The notes: generated from the sequence alone by a model not told the origin. DNA of 64,000 nt from Chlorobiota bacterium (GCA_022616535.1 JAKEEM010000009.1:11353-75352), one strand, 5' to 3'; shown: positions 1 through 9,359, counted from the stretch's first letter. Program-made: numbers and translations.

Positions 1-49
1 TTTGCGAGTCCTCTTTCTTCAGACATTTTATAATCCTCCTACTGTTGTC

Positions 50-69
50 ATTCCCGCGAAGGCGGGAAT
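50..69. repeat. REP-like GC-rich hairpin, family A (ATTCCCGC-GAAG-GCGGGAAT)
   Basis: Perfect 8-bp stem with a GAAG loop in AT-rich intergenic DNA. A degenerate inverted copy (CCCGCCTTCGCGAGGG) lies at 4224-4240. Confidence 0.7.
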
Positions 70-112
70 CCAGTTTTTTACTTTCCCCCGCTGTTGGTCT
101 TAATCTTTTTAA

Positions 113-131
113 GGGCGAGGCAACCTCGCCC
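113..131. repeat. REP-like GC-rich hairpin, family B (GGGCGAGG-CAA-CCTCGCCC)
   Basis: Perfect 8-bp stem. A near-identical copy (GGGCGAGG-AAA-CCTCGCCC) lies at 3584-3602. Confidence 0.7.
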
Positions 132-267
132 TGCGATTGCTGTTATTACGGTTCGTCTTCGCTCGCCGCAAGCACCAACAATTGGGGTTTTAATTTATTG
201 AACAAGTTAAAAATAGCAAAAGTTCGGGCTAAATTCAATGAAAATAAGGGGGAAAATCGGGTAGACT

Positions 268-316
268 TAGGTATATTGACTAGGTATATTGACTAGGTAT
301 ATTGACTAGGTATATT
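268..316. repeat. 13-bp tandem direct repeat (TAGGTATATTGAC) x ~3.8
   Basis: Read directly: taggtatattgac repeated head-to-tail three times plus a partial fourth unit, between the REP hairpins and the 3' end of the GDCCVxC gene. Confidence 0.9.
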
Positions 317-334
317 ATAGAAAGAAGATAAAAA

Positions 335-523
335 TTATTTTTTTTGTTTTGAGGGACATTTTACCGTGCCATAGCTGCAAAATACACAACAATCCCCTTG
401 TTTTGGCTTCAGAACCTTTTGGCAGCTTTCACACATATAAAAGAACTGACAGGCATTTTCCGGCATTGTCTCTTCCTTTTTATGCCCGCAGTGCGGGCAG
501 GTAATTATAGATTGTAACTCCAT
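335..523 (-). CDS. GDCCVxC domain-containing small Cys-rich protein
   Basis: 62-aa ORF with CPHCG...C...CESC...GDCCVFC...C, matching the named GDCCVxC (seleno)protein family motif. All positions are Cys here, with no in-frame TGA. Confidence 0.7.
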   Translation of the reverse strand: MELQSIITCPHCGHKKEETMPENACQFFYMCESCQKVLKPKQGDCCVFCSYGTVKCPSKQKK

Positions 524-547
524 AATCTATATTTTAATTCAAACTGA

Positions 548-2755
548 TTAACATTTCTTCTCTCTCAAAAGCTTAAGCATGCGTTTTAAATCTGTTGTTG
601 GGGCATCGCATGAGTAATTTTTGCAAATATATGCGGTTGATTTACCTCCAATGCTCGTCTGGTTTTCAGTAAATTCAGCAATTTTTACTATCTCCGGAGA
701 TTCTGTTTCTGTGGGTCTTAATATTAAAACCATGTTCGGAATAAATACATTATTAACTGCCATTAACATCGACTTAGTATCTTCTGCCTTTGAGTTCCCT
801 GAAATAACTACTTCATATGATGGTCCGGCTGCAAAGTCTAACGCGCACAAAAGCATCGTGAATCCCTGCGGAGAGGATTCGATTGCTTTAGAATACCATT
901 TAGCCGTGAGGTCTGCTTTAGTTTCAAAGTCTGAGTTTGCTGTAATTCTGCCCAGGCGCATTAAGTTCAGCATCGCTACTGAATTTCCGGAGGGGACTGC
1001 ACCATCGTAATATTCTTTTTGCCGGATAAGCAGTTTTTCGCCGTCACTGGCTGTGAAATAAAAGCCCCCATTGCTGTCCCAAAAATTCTTTAGCTGGATA
1101 TCGTTAAGTTCAATTGCTGTTTTCAGATAATCAACATCAAAGGTCGTTTCGTATAATTCAATTAATCCCCATATTAGAAATGAATAATCATCAACATGTG
1201 CGTTTATTGCGGCTTCGTTTTCGCGGTACCGGTGAAGCAGGGTCCCGTCATTTTTTCTTAGGGTCTTCATTATAAAATCTGCGGAGCGCTTGGCAGCGGC
1301 TTCATATTTTTCTTCGTTGAAAACACGGGCGGCTTTTGAAAGAGCAGCAATCATTAATCCGTTCCAGTCAGTCAATATCTTATCATCCTTATGCGGGCGG
1401 ATTCTTTTTTCGCGGTGATTGAATAATTTTACTTTTGAAGCTTCTATAATCTGCCTGAGCTCGTTTTCAGAAATACTTGTCTTGCCGGCAATCTCTTTAA
1501 ACGGTTTTTTGATATGCAGTATATTGGGATTTTGAGAACCGCCCTCTGCATTAAAGTTGCCGGCCTTTACAATATTAAAGACCTTTATAAATAAGTTTGC
1601 TTCATTTTCATCAAGTATGCTGCGAATTTCCTCTTCTGTCCAAAGATAAAATTTCCCCTCCTCGCCTTCGCTGTCTGCATCTTCAGCTGAATAAAATCCG
1701 CCTTCAGGCGAAGTCATGTCTCTTAATACATATTCAAGTATTTCCTCTGCTGTTTGTTTGTAGAATTTATTCCCTGTTGCCTGGTATGCTTCTGTGTAGG
1801 CGATTGTTAAAAGCGCCTGGTCATACAGCATTTTTTCGAAATGCGGCGCAAACCACTTTGAGTCGGTCGAATACCTGTGGAAACCGAATCCGATATGGTC
1901 ATACATTCCGCCGTTTCGCATTTTTTGCAGAGTTATTTCCGCCATTTCAAGCGCCTTAGGTTCGCCGGTTCTGTTCCAGTATCTCAGTAAAAATAAAATG
2001 TTATGCGGCGTGGGAAATTTGGGCTGGCTGCCGAACCCTCCGTTTACTTCATCGTATCTTTCTCTAAGCTGATTATATGCATTATGAAGTGTGATTTCCG
2101 ATAAGCTTCCGCCGGAGTAGATATCAGTTTGGTTTTTTAAGTAATTTGTAATTTCATTTGCGCTTCCCTCTATTTCGCCTCTTTGCTTTAGCCATGCATC
2201 TTTCAATCTCGGAACGAGCTCAGTCATTCCAAGTATTCCAAACCGGCTGTTTTTGGGAATATATGTTGCGGCAAAAAACGGCTTTTTATCCGGCGTCATA
2301 ACAATAGTCAGGGGCCAGCCACCGCTGCCCGTAATCGCCTGGCAAACTGCCATATAAATATTATCAATGTCCGGACGCTCTTCCCTGTCAACTTTAATAG
2401 ACACAAAGGCGTCGTTCATTAGTCTTGCTACGAGGGTGTCTTCAAATGATTCTTCTTCCATAACATGGCACCAGTGGCAGGTTGAATATCCGATTGAAAG
2501 GAAAACCGGTTTGTTTTCTTTCTTTGCAGTTTCAAACGCTTCCTCTCCCCAGGGATACCAGTTCACAGGGTTATTTGCGTGCTGTAGTAAATAGGGGCTC
2601 TTTTCTCCAATTAACCTGTTATAATTTGAATCGTTCATACTGCTGGTTTTGCAAAATGTTTTATGATTCCCCGGAAAACTTACAAACATAACTATTGCCG
2701 TAACAAATAAAAGCAGTGCAATTAAGTAAAACCTTTTGCCTTTGAAGATTTTCAT
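548..2755 (-). CDS. thioredoxin-domain protein (DUF255/YyaL-like) with a C-terminal alpha/alpha-toroid-like region
   Basis: 735-aa ORF with an N-terminal TM/signal segment. [13 protein letters not shown]...[22 protein letters not shown] is the typical DUF255 thioredoxin-like N-terminus. Confidence 0.85.
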   Translation of the reverse strand: MKIFKGKRFYLIALLLFVTAIVMFVSFPGNHKTFCKTSSMNDSNYNRLIGEKSPYLLQHANNPVNWYPWGEEAFETAKKENKPVFLSIGYSTCHWCHVMEEESFEDTLVARLMNDAFVSIKVDREERPDIDNIYMAVCQAITGSGGWPLTIVMTPDKKPFFAATYIPKNSRFGILGMTELVPRLKDAWLKQRGEIEGSANEITNYLKNQTDIYSGGSLSEITLHNAYNQLRERYDEVNGGFGSQPKFPTPHNILFLLRYWNRTGEPKALEMAEITLQKMRNGGMYDHIGFGFHRYSTDSKWFAPHFEKMLYDQALLTIAYTEAYQATGNKFYKQTAEEILEYVLRDMTSPEGGFYSAEDADSEGEEGKFYLWTEEEIRSILDENEANLFIKVFNIVKAGNFNAEGGSQNPNILHIKKPFKEIAGKTSISENELRQIIEASKVKLFNHREKRIRPHKDDKILTDWNGLMIAALSKAARVFNEEKYEAAAKRSADFIMKTLRKNDGTLLHRYRENEAAINAHVDDYSFLIWGLIELYETTFDVDYLKTAIELNDIQLKNFWDSNGGFYFTASDGEKLLIRQKEYYDGAVPSGNSVAMLNLMRLGRITANSDFETKADLTAKWYSKAIESSPQGFTMLLCALDFAAGPSYEVVISGNSKAEDTKSMLMAVNNVFIPNMVLILRPTETESPEIVKIAEFTENQTSIGGKSTAYICKNYSCDAPTTDLKRMLKLLREKKC

Positions 2756-2879
2756 TATAATTGAAGCTGATTTTTAGCTCTCGCGAGAAGCCCTTAAATA
2801 ATAGAAACTTTTATAATATATTTATAGTTTCTCATTTCACGGAAATATTAATCATAAATTTAACTCAAGGGGAGGTAAA

Positions 2880-3215
2880 ATGAAATCCAAGTTTTGGTTT
2901 TTAGCACTCTTTTTTCTGGCTGCAAGCGTAGTTTTTGCCCAAAAAACGCAGACTTACCTGATTATCTCATCCCACACTGTTGAGCAGTGTATGGCATCGA
3001 TGGACGACCTTAAGGCAAAGGGAAACGATTTTCTTTCTAAGACTTACTGGGGATGCCACAGCGGAGACCATACGGCGTATGTTATAGTTGATGCCGAATC
3101 AGAAGCAGCGGCAAGAAATACGCTGCCCGCCTCGGCAAAAGATAACGCTAAGGTAATTGCGGTCGAAAAGTTTACTGTCGAGCAAATCGAATCCATGCAT
3201 AAGCACGATAAGTAG
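2880..3215 (+). CDS. hypothetical small secreted protein
   Basis: 111-aa ORF with a GGAGG RBS 7 nt upstream and a signal peptide (MKSKFWFLALFFLAASVVFAQ). No family recognised. Confidence 0.5.
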   Translation: MKSKFWFLALFFLAASVVFAQKTQTYLIISSHTVEQCMASMDDLKAKGNDFLSKTYWGCHSGDHTAYVIVDAESEAAARNTLPASAKDNAKVIAVEKFTVEQIESMHKHDK

Positions 3216-3583
3216 GTGAGTAAATTCTGAGCCCCGCTTTAGCGGGTGAAGTAGAGTCTGCTCTCCGAGCGGACAGTCTTCTTGATTAACCAAGTGTCCG
3301 TTCCGGCGAACGGACGCTACGGGTAAACCTTTATATCCAGCTCTATCTGGCAGTGGTCGCTGCCCATTACTTTCATGTGGATTTTTGCATCCGTAACTAT
3401 AGCACGCATTTCTTTTTAAGGTTGTGTCAGGGTGTTCTTCACGGGCGCGTCAGGTCAAAAAGATCTGACACATACCCACCAACTGCTTTTCTCCTAATTT
3501 TTACATTATTCCTCAAAACGGCGGTTCATAAAGTTCATAAGGTTTGTAAAGTTATAAAGTCTAAAAAGTTTTAGGCGACTTTT

Positions 3584-3602
3584 GGGCGAGGAAACCTCGC
3601 CC
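3584..3602. repeat. REP-like hairpin, family B, copy 2
   Basis: GGGCGAGGAAACCTCGCCC differs from 113-131 only in the loop. Confidence 0.7.
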
Positions 3603-3678
3603 CCTACTCAAAACTGTTAACTGTAATTCTCATTCTACTCCATATGTGCCTAATGGAGTAAAATATCATAAAGTGAGC

Positions 3679-3707
3679 TTGACAAAGAAATTCAATGGTA
3701 TTATATT
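3679..3707 (+). promoter_or_regulatory. consensus-like promoter TTGACA-N17-TATATT (overlaps TATATTTA, near TAnnTTTG) inside non-coding DNA
   Basis: ttgaca (3679-3684), a 17-nt spacer, then tatatt (3702-3707). The stem-loop GTGAGATAGG...CCTTTATCTCAC (3714-3771) follows immediately. Confidence 0.35.
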
Positions 3708-4009
3708 TACCACGTGAGATAGGAAGCTATACTCTATAATTGTTTATTTTAACACCACCTTTATCTCACAGGGTTTTACCACCGTGTGCTTGTCCCCCTT
3801 ATAAAGGGGGATAAAGGGGGATCGGAAACCCCGCAAAACCAAAAATCATAAAATATGTTGAATATTTAATCAGTTAATTTGTTATATGCAGCCCGTAACT
3901 CAACATAAATATCACCCGTCAACATTTCTCCAAGTAAGAAAAATTGCCAATACAAAAGAATTTAAACATATTTCTCACCCAACTTTACATAATATCGGAT
4001 TTGGAACAC

Positions 4010-4030
4010 GCCTGCCTGCAGCAGGCAGGC
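4010..4030. repeat. REP-like hairpin, family C (GCCTGCCTGC-A-GCAGGCAGGC)
   Basis: Perfect 10-bp stem. Related CCTGCC-type hairpins lie at 22336-22354, 33045-33065, 33719-33741 and 57712-57734. Confidence 0.7.
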
Positions 4031-4246
4031 AAAATTTTTTTACGTGAGAAATTTGATGAAAACGGGATGTTTTTAACCCTCCGTCACTCCATGACACGTT
4101 ACGCTTCGCAGCCCTGCGGGTCCTTTCTAAAAGGGAGGACAGACTATCTCCCCTTAGCTAAAGGGAGTACCCGCCAGCTGGCGGGTGAGGGGTTCGAAAT
4201 ATGACAAACTCAATGAACTTGACCCCCGCCTTCGCGAGGGCAAGCT

Positions 4247-4282
4247 TAATTAACTCAATGAACTTAATTAACTCAATGAACT
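4247..4282. repeat. 18-bp tandem repeat (TAATTAACTCAATGAACT x2), with a third AACTCAATGAACTT copy at 4207-4220
   Basis: Read directly. Lies immediately 3' of the prs stop codon on the minus strand. Confidence 0.85.
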
Positions 4283-4286
4283 CGCT

Positions 4287-5225
4287 TTACTCGACTTTAA
4301 ACAGCGCGCTAATGGACTGGTTCTCGTTGGTGCGTATTATAGTGTTAGAAAGGAGCTTCGATACGTCAAGCACCTCAATTTTGGGAGATTTAACATGAAT
4401 TGGAATGGTATTGGAAACAACAAGCTTTGTAATGCAGGAGTTGTTAATCTTCTCAACTGCCTGCCCGGAAAGAATCGGGTGAGTCGCCGCCCCGTAAATA
4501 TCCCCGGCTCCTGCCTTCTTAAGCGCATCGACTGCGGCAACAAATGTGTTGGCGGTATCAATCAAATCATCAATTATCAAAACGTTCTTACCTTCAACTT
4601 CACCGATTATGTTCATCACTTCGGCAACGTTGGGTCTGGGTCTTCGCTTATCGATGAGAATCAAATCAGCGCCAAGCTCTTTGGCGTACACCCGCGCCCG
4701 CTTGGAGCCGCCTACATCCGGCGCAGCTACGGCAAGATTCTTAAGCTTCTTGTGCTTGAAGTATTTGATGAACAAAACAGAGCAGTAAAGGTGGTCAACC
4801 GGTATATCGAAGAAACCCTGCAATTGAGGAGCATGCAAATCCATAGTTATGATACGGTCGACACCTGCCTCCGTAAGCAGGTTGGCAACAAGCTTGGCGG
4901 TGATGGAAACCCTCGGCATATCCTTCCTGTCCTGCCTCGCGTATCCGAAATAGGGGATAACCGCTGTAACCCTGTTGGCGGAAGCGCGGACTGCCGCATC
5001 AATCATTATCAAAAGCTCCATAATGTTATCGGCTGGAGGATTTGTTGTCTGCACAATGTATACGTCTTTTCCGCGGATGTTATCGTTATACTTTACCCAA
5101 ATCTCGCCGTCATTGAAGTTAACTATCCGGCATTTACCTACAGGCAGGTGAAGGTTATTACAGATTTCCTTAACCAGGTAGCTGGAGTTTCTGCCCGAAA
5201 AGATTTGTATCTCCGCTTTAGACAT
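4287..5225 (-). CDS. prs: ribose-phosphate pyrophosphokinase
   Basis: 312 aa. Has VTAVIPYFGYARQDRK and the PRPP-binding loop NVLIIDDLIDTANT characteristic of Prs. Confidence 0.92.
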   Translation of the reverse strand: MSKAEIQIFSGRNSSYLVKEICNNLHLPVGKCRIVNFNDGEIWVKYNDNIRGKDVYIVQTTNPPADNIMELLIMIDAAVRASANRVTAVIPYFGYARQDRKDMPRVSITAKLVANLLTEAGVDRIITMDLHAPQLQGFFDIPVDHLYCSVLFIKYFKHKKLKNLAVAAPDVGGSKRARVYAKELGADLILIDKRRPRPNVAEVMNIIGEVEGKNVLIIDDLIDTANTFVAAVDALKKAGAGDIYGAATHPILSGQAVEKINNSCITKLVVSNTIPIHVKSPKIEVLDVSKLLSNTIIRTNENQSISALFKVE

Positions 5226-5253
5226 TTAGCTGATAAATTTACAGGTGAATACA

Positions 5254-5261
5254 CAAAGTTA
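5254..5261 (-). promoter_or_regulatory. TAnnTTTG -7 motif (TAACTTTG) upstream of prs
   Basis: The minus strand reads TAACTTTG, about 29 nt upstream of the prs ATG (5225). Confidence 0.4.
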
Positions 5262-5363
5262 TCAATTAATATCCGTATAATCAATAAAATAAGCGTGGAT
5301 GAAGCGGAAACAGAATTGGCAAAAACAATTTGTGCGGTTTTTAATCCGGTTGAATCATCAAAC

Positions 5364-5387
5364 GAAAAAGGGGCTTTGTAAGCCCCC
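5364..5387 (-). terminator. intrinsic terminator after ORF 5431-5868
   Basis: The minus strand reads GGGGCTTACAAAGCCCC followed by TTTTT. Confidence 0.7.
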
Positions 5388-5430
5388 GAAAGTGTTCATG
5401 TGTTCTTTAAACAGATGTCTATTTATCCTT

Positions 5431-5868
5431 TTATTTCTCTTCGCTCTGGCTGCAAATGTAATCCTTAACCGTCCACCATGGGTCTATGTAATCGCTCGAG
5501 GCTTCGGAAATGCCTTTTGGAATAACTCTGTATGCTCCCCACTCTTCGGTAAATTTAAAGACGAGCAAATGCGCCCACGACGAGCCGCCGATTACAGCAA
5601 GGCAAACGTCGCAGCCGGTATAGATGATGTTATAATACTCTGGACTATAATTATTGATTTTGAACTTTTTTACATTGATGTTTTTCTTATCAAGCCACTG
5701 TTCCGATATGTGTTTCCGTAAGAGGTTGGATTTTTCCCCGGCATCTTTTATAAACAGGTCGAGTATTTCCTTAGCCACCTGTTCCATTTTTCTTGTGTTT
5801 AGCTCATCGGCTTTTAAGTTTACGGTAAGAATGAGTATTAATGCTAAAAACAGTTTCAAATGTTTCAT
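5431..5868 (-). CDS. hypothetical secreted protein
   Basis: 145 aa with a signal peptide (MKHLKLFLALILILTVNLKA). No family recognised. Confidence 0.5.
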   Translation of the reverse strand: MKHLKLFLALILILTVNLKADELNTRKMEQVAKEILDLFIKDAGEKSNLLRKHISEQWLDKKNINVKKFKINNYSPEYYNIIYTGCDVCLAVIGGSSWAHLLVFKFTEEWGAYRVIPKGISEASSDYIDPWWTVKDYICSQSEEK

Positions 5869-5940
5869 TAGTTTTCTCCGTTTTATTTAGAATTATGCGA
5901 TATTTATTCAACTTCTTTGTTTTTGATTTGTTCCGGAACT

Positions 5941-8079
5941 TTACTTACCTGCACTAAATGACACGCTTTCTATTTTATCGCCGATTTGGATTTTATCGAC
6001 AACATCGAATCCGTCGATCACTTTCCCGAACAGGGTGTAACGTCCTTCCAAATGGGGCTGGGGGGAGTGAGTGATGAAAAACTGGCTTCCTTCGGTATCG
6101 GTGCCGCTTGATGCCATGCCGACGGTGTAGGAATCGTATTTCAGGGGTGAAAACTCACTTCTTATTGAATAACCGGGTCCGCCGTAGCCTGTGCCTGTCG
6201 GGTCACCCCCCTGAATGACAAAATTAGGCACCACCCTGTGGAATAAAGTGTTATCATAATACCCTTTTTCACCGAGCTTAACGAAGTTCTGCACAGTGAA
6301 AGTGGCGATATCGGGAAAGAGCTCAATTTTGACGGTTCCTTTATTGGTGCTTATTGATGCAAACTTCTTTTCATTTAGCTTTTCGATGAATTCCCAGTCA
6401 AAATCCGTTCTGTATCTGGGGGGGGTGATTTGAGATTCATAGTCTGTACCTGTGATTTTCTTCAATGCATCGGCAGACAGCTTTGCAATATCATAGTCGC
6501 TGTTGCTAAGGTTTTCGATAAACAGTTGTTTTGCGCCTTCATATTTCATATCACCCCAGGCTTGTATATACATTAAGATCACGTCTTTATCTTGGGGAAA
6601 GGCGAATCCTTCATAATCGAACATCATTACCCGGCAGGTTTCGCTCCTGTAATTTGTGTAAAGCGAATCCTGAAGATTTGAAAGGCATTCATCTGTTATA
6701 GCGGGATTTCTTGAGTTTGCAAACTCCGAAAAAATGAGTCTTACAATGTTTCTATTTTCCTCATCCATCCTGTCGTCCAAGGCAGAAAGTGATTGGACAA
6801 ATGCGAGGTATATTTTTGCAAGCTCTGGTGAGCCAATCATTGAGCCGTCTTTGTTAGGATTTTTAGTGTTATATCTCTGCACGTCGGCACTTATGAAATC
6901 ACGGAGCTCTTTGTAAACTGCTCCATTGTTCATAAATGAAAACGAGTAGACAATTGCAGCTTTCAGGTCATAGTTTTCCGTTTGTGAAAAGAGCGTAAGC
7001 AGCTCATCTTTTATTTCATCTTTAAAAACCCTTGCGTAAGTCTTTACCGCCTCTGTTTTTATTTGTGTCTCTAAGGGGTTATCTTCAGCTAAAAGATAGC
7101 GTGCATCACTCCGAATATTTTCAGCAATCCCGCTTTGCGGATTTACCCCTGCAAAAAGGTTTCCTATCGTCTGCCAGGCGGTGATTGATACATGGGCGCT
7201 TGGGTCTTCTTTGGCGTGTTTAAGAAGTGAAGCCGAAATTTTATCCGCTAAGTCGGAATTTAAATCAATTTGCTGGCTGACTATTGCATTGCAGATATTT
7301 ACTCTCACTCTCCAGTCTTTTTCCTTTTCTAAAGCGGTAAGCATGCTTTCAATTACAGAGATGTCCTGAAGTTTACCGAGTGCTGAAAATGCCCACATTC
7401 GTGCAAAAGGGCTGCCGGAACTTGTCAGAAAGACGATATCATTTTTGTATAAAGCCAGGCTTTCCTTATTTCCGGTTCTGTAAAATATGTATGATATTTC
7501 ATAATCAATTTCCGCTCTTAGAGAGTACAGGTTGATTTTTTTAATGTAATCATAGACCTTGTCGCTTGTTATTTTCCTTGATGCAAAGTGAAAAAGTGAG
7601 ATTATTTTCTCAACAAAGTAGGCATCGGAGCTTAAAACGTTTTTCAGGTTGTCGCTTGTCCCGATTTTACCGAGTGATATCAATAAAAGGGGAACAAGCT
7701 TCTTTTCTTTCTCTTTTTTTAATTGTGAAACTAAAAATACCCTGCTTTTATTGCAGTTTAAATACCCGAGAAGCTGAATTATTGATGCCTTGTTATCAAT
7801 TCTGCTTTTTTTGTAATGCTTAATCAGCTCCTCAGCCAGGGATGTGTCATTCAGGTTTATTGCAGACAAAAAATAATTTGAAAATGACTTTCTGCTGCTT
7901 GTTTGGTTTATGTTTAAAAAATCAAAATCGAACCCTGAATTTCTCGTATCGGTATATTCAAGCACCTCTCTATCGAACTTGCTGAGCGGCTGCGTGAAAA
8001 CGCCAAATGAATGAAGCAGAAAAAATAATAAGAGGAAGCCTGGCTTTAAAATATGTGAAAATTTACTTTTTTCTGTCAT
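5941..8079 (-). CDS. HEAT-like repeat protein fused to a C-terminal cyclophilin-type peptidyl-prolyl isomerase
   Basis: 712 aa. The C-terminus has FHRVVPNFVIQGGDPTGTGYGGPGY...SQFFIT...LEGRYTLFGKV (cyclophilin signature). The N-terminal ~540 aa are helical-repeat-like and start with a signal/TM segment. Confidence 0.8.
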   Translation of the reverse strand: MTEKSKFSHILKPGFLLLFFLLHSFGVFTQPLSKFDREVLEYTDTRNSGFDFDFLNINQTSSRKSFSNYFLSAINLNDTSLAEELIKHYKKSRIDNKASIIQLLGYLNCNKSRVFLVSQLKKEKEKKLVPLLLISLGKIGTSDNLKNVLSSDAYFVEKIISLFHFASRKITSDKVYDYIKKINLYSLRAEIDYEISYIFYRTGNKESLALYKNDIVFLTSSGSPFARMWAFSALGKLQDISVIESMLTALEKEKDWRVRVNICNAIVSQQIDLNSDLADKISASLLKHAKEDPSAHVSITAWQTIGNLFAGVNPQSGIAENIRSDARYLLAEDNPLETQIKTEAVKTYARVFKDEIKDELLTLFSQTENYDLKAAIVYSFSFMNNGAVYKELRDFISADVQRYNTKNPNKDGSMIGSPELAKIYLAFVQSLSALDDRMDEENRNIVRLIFSEFANSRNPAITDECLSNLQDSLYTNYRSETCRVMMFDYEGFAFPQDKDVILMYIQAWGDMKYEGAKQLFIENLSNSDYDIAKLSADALKKITGTDYESQITPPRYRTDFDWEFIEKLNEKKFASISTNKGTVKIELFPDIATFTVQNFVKLGEKGYYDNTLFHRVVPNFVIQGGDPTGTGYGGPGYSIRSEFSPLKYDSYTVGMASSGTDTEGSQFFITHSPQPHLEGRYTLFGKVIDGFDVVDKIQIGDKIESVSFSAGK

Positions 8080-8081
8080 AA

Positions 8082-9359
8082 TTATTTTTTCGTTTGCTTA
8101 ATTTTTTTCTTTTGGTTTTGCTTTATCTCGGATTTCTTTAGCTGTTTCTTTTTTTCTTCAAGCTCTTGCTTTACTTTTTCCTCTTTAATCTTTTCAAGCG
8201 TTTGTCTTTTTTCTTGCTCTGATAAAAATTCGCTTATGCTGTAAAATTTGTGTCCGAGTTTTTTTAAAATCAGGATTTCGTTGTAAAATTTTTCGAATTC
8301 ATCGGGTTCAATGTCAAGCACCGTAATTGCAGTTTTGCTGAGTTTAGCCTTTGATTTTAAGGAATTAACGATTTTGTTAATCTTGTCTTTCGATTCTACC
8401 TCTGCTTCTGTCAAAAGCTTTAATAAAGCCGAATCATTAATTACTCTGATATTAAAATTATTTAATTCTTCCGAAATCAAATCCATTTTCCCGTTTGTAA
8501 CTTCGGCATCCGGTTTTGTCAATATTACAGTCGAAATAGAAGGATAATCCGACGAGAAACTTTTTACTTTTTCTTTTACCGTTTTTTCATCGTAAGACAT
8601 ATTAAAATCAGAATCGTAATTATCTTTTGCGCCGACGGTCAAATTTATAAGGACTTCTTTTTTATTTTGGAGAAGCTTTGTCTGCAGGTTTACCTTGTCA
8701 AGGCTTCTTGGAAATACAAAGCTGAATTCATTTTTGTTTAATAAATATTTTTCAATCTCTTCATCATTATAGCTTGAGATGTTGTCAAGGATTATTGCGA
8801 AAACTCCCGCGTCACGGGATATTTTACCCGAATGTTTTACTGAGACTTTTACAAGCAGGGGATTTGAAGAAGCCGAATCCGGATTGTAAATATTTATGAG
8901 TATGGCTTTACTTAAAATGTCCTCATTAACTGTGGATGATAATCCTGCAGTTTTAATATAGTTTGTTATATCCAGATTTATCTCAATTGTGGAAATCTCC
9001 TTGGGGATTAAGAGTTCTTTTGCAAACCATTTCGGACTTTTTAAGGGACTGTTGGAAGCGGTTTTTCCTCCGGTTGACTCATATAACGTTTTTATCCATT
9101 CTTTTTTAATACCAAAGTTAAAAAGAACACTATCGATTCCCTTATCCAGTGTTTTTTCAAAAGTTTCAGGGTCGGATTTTTTAACTTCGGGGTTTTCGGG
9201 CTGAGTTACCGAAGAATCACCAGAATTTAGGTTATCTGCTTCATTTTTCAGGAAAAACTTTGTTATAAGGAGAGCAGCAGCCGTGATTGCAATGGCAGAA
9301 AGGATAAGAACTTTATTTCGGAACGAATTAAAAAACTTTTTTATTTTAAATTTTGGCAA
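8082..9359 (-). CDS. hypothetical membrane-anchored protein with a Lys/Glu-rich C-terminal tail
   Basis: 425 aa with an N-terminal TM segment (VLILSAIAITAAALLI) and a charged tail (EKIKEEKVKQELEEKKKQLKK...). Function not recognised. Confidence 0.5.
   Translation of the reverse strand: MPKFKIKKFFNSFRNKVLILSAIAITAAALLITKFFLKNEADNLNSGDSSVTQPENPEVKKSDPETFEKTLDKGIDSVLFNFGIKKEWIKTLYESTGGKTASNSPLKSPKWFAKELLIPKEISTIEINLDITNYIKTAGLSSTVNEDILSKAILINIYNPDSASSNPLLVKVSVKHSGKISRDAGVFAIILDNISSYNDEEIEKYLLNKNEFSFVFPRSLDKVNLQTKLLQNKKEVLINLTVGAKDNYDSDFNMSYDEKTVKEKVKSFSSDYPSISTVILTKPDAEVTNGKMDLISEELNNFNIRVINDSALLKLLTEAEVESKDKINKIVNSLKSKAKLSKTAITVLDIEPDEFEKFYNEILILKKLGHKFYSISEFLSEQEKRQTLEKIKEEKVKQELEEKKKQLKKSEIKQNQKKKIKQTKK

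Larger units (their letters stand above)
3216..4286. repeat. ~1.07-kb non-coding region densely packed with REP-like GC hairpins and inverted-repeat modules
   Basis: No credible ORF. At least eight short GC-rich hairpins: 3234-3247, 3296-3315, 3584-3602, 3638-3658, 3793-3812, 4010-4030, 4170-4185, 4224-4240. Also GTGAGA(T/A)A / T(A/T)TCTCAC inverted pairs and an 18-bp tandem repeat. Confidence 0.75.

Noticed and set aside
1-26. Possible minus-strand gene start (GGAGG-N7-ATG TCT GAA GAA AGA GGA CTC GCA…) running off the left edge
   Set aside because: Only 8 codons are visible. TTGCGAGTCC also resembles the REP-like motif seen at 15937-15948, so it is too short to call.
45-296. 83-aa ORF (MSFPRRRESSFLL…) from the track
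   Set aside because: It is a translation of REP-like hairpins (ATTCCCGCGAAGGCGGGAAT gives SFPRRRES) and of the 13-bp tandem repeat. It has no RBS and its composition is not coding-like.
621-2691. Plus-strand ORFs 621-1010, 1597-1959, 2367-2594 and 2482-2691
   Set aside because: All lie inside, and antisense to, the 735-aa DUF255 thioredoxin-domain gene.
3353-4398. Track ORFs 3353-3574, 3944-4204 and 4201-4398 inside the non-coding island
   Set aside because: Their sequences are dominated by hairpin translations (e.g. RHSMTRYASQPCGSFLKGR, QLAGEGF) and tandem-repeat translations (NSMNLINSMNS). There are no RBS or start contexts, and 4201-4398 overlaps the prs 3' end.
4395-5381. 328-aa plus-strand ORF (with 4337-4561 and 4546-4788)
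   Set aside because: It is antisense to, and fully overlapped by, the clearly recognisable prs gene, so it is a shadow ORF.
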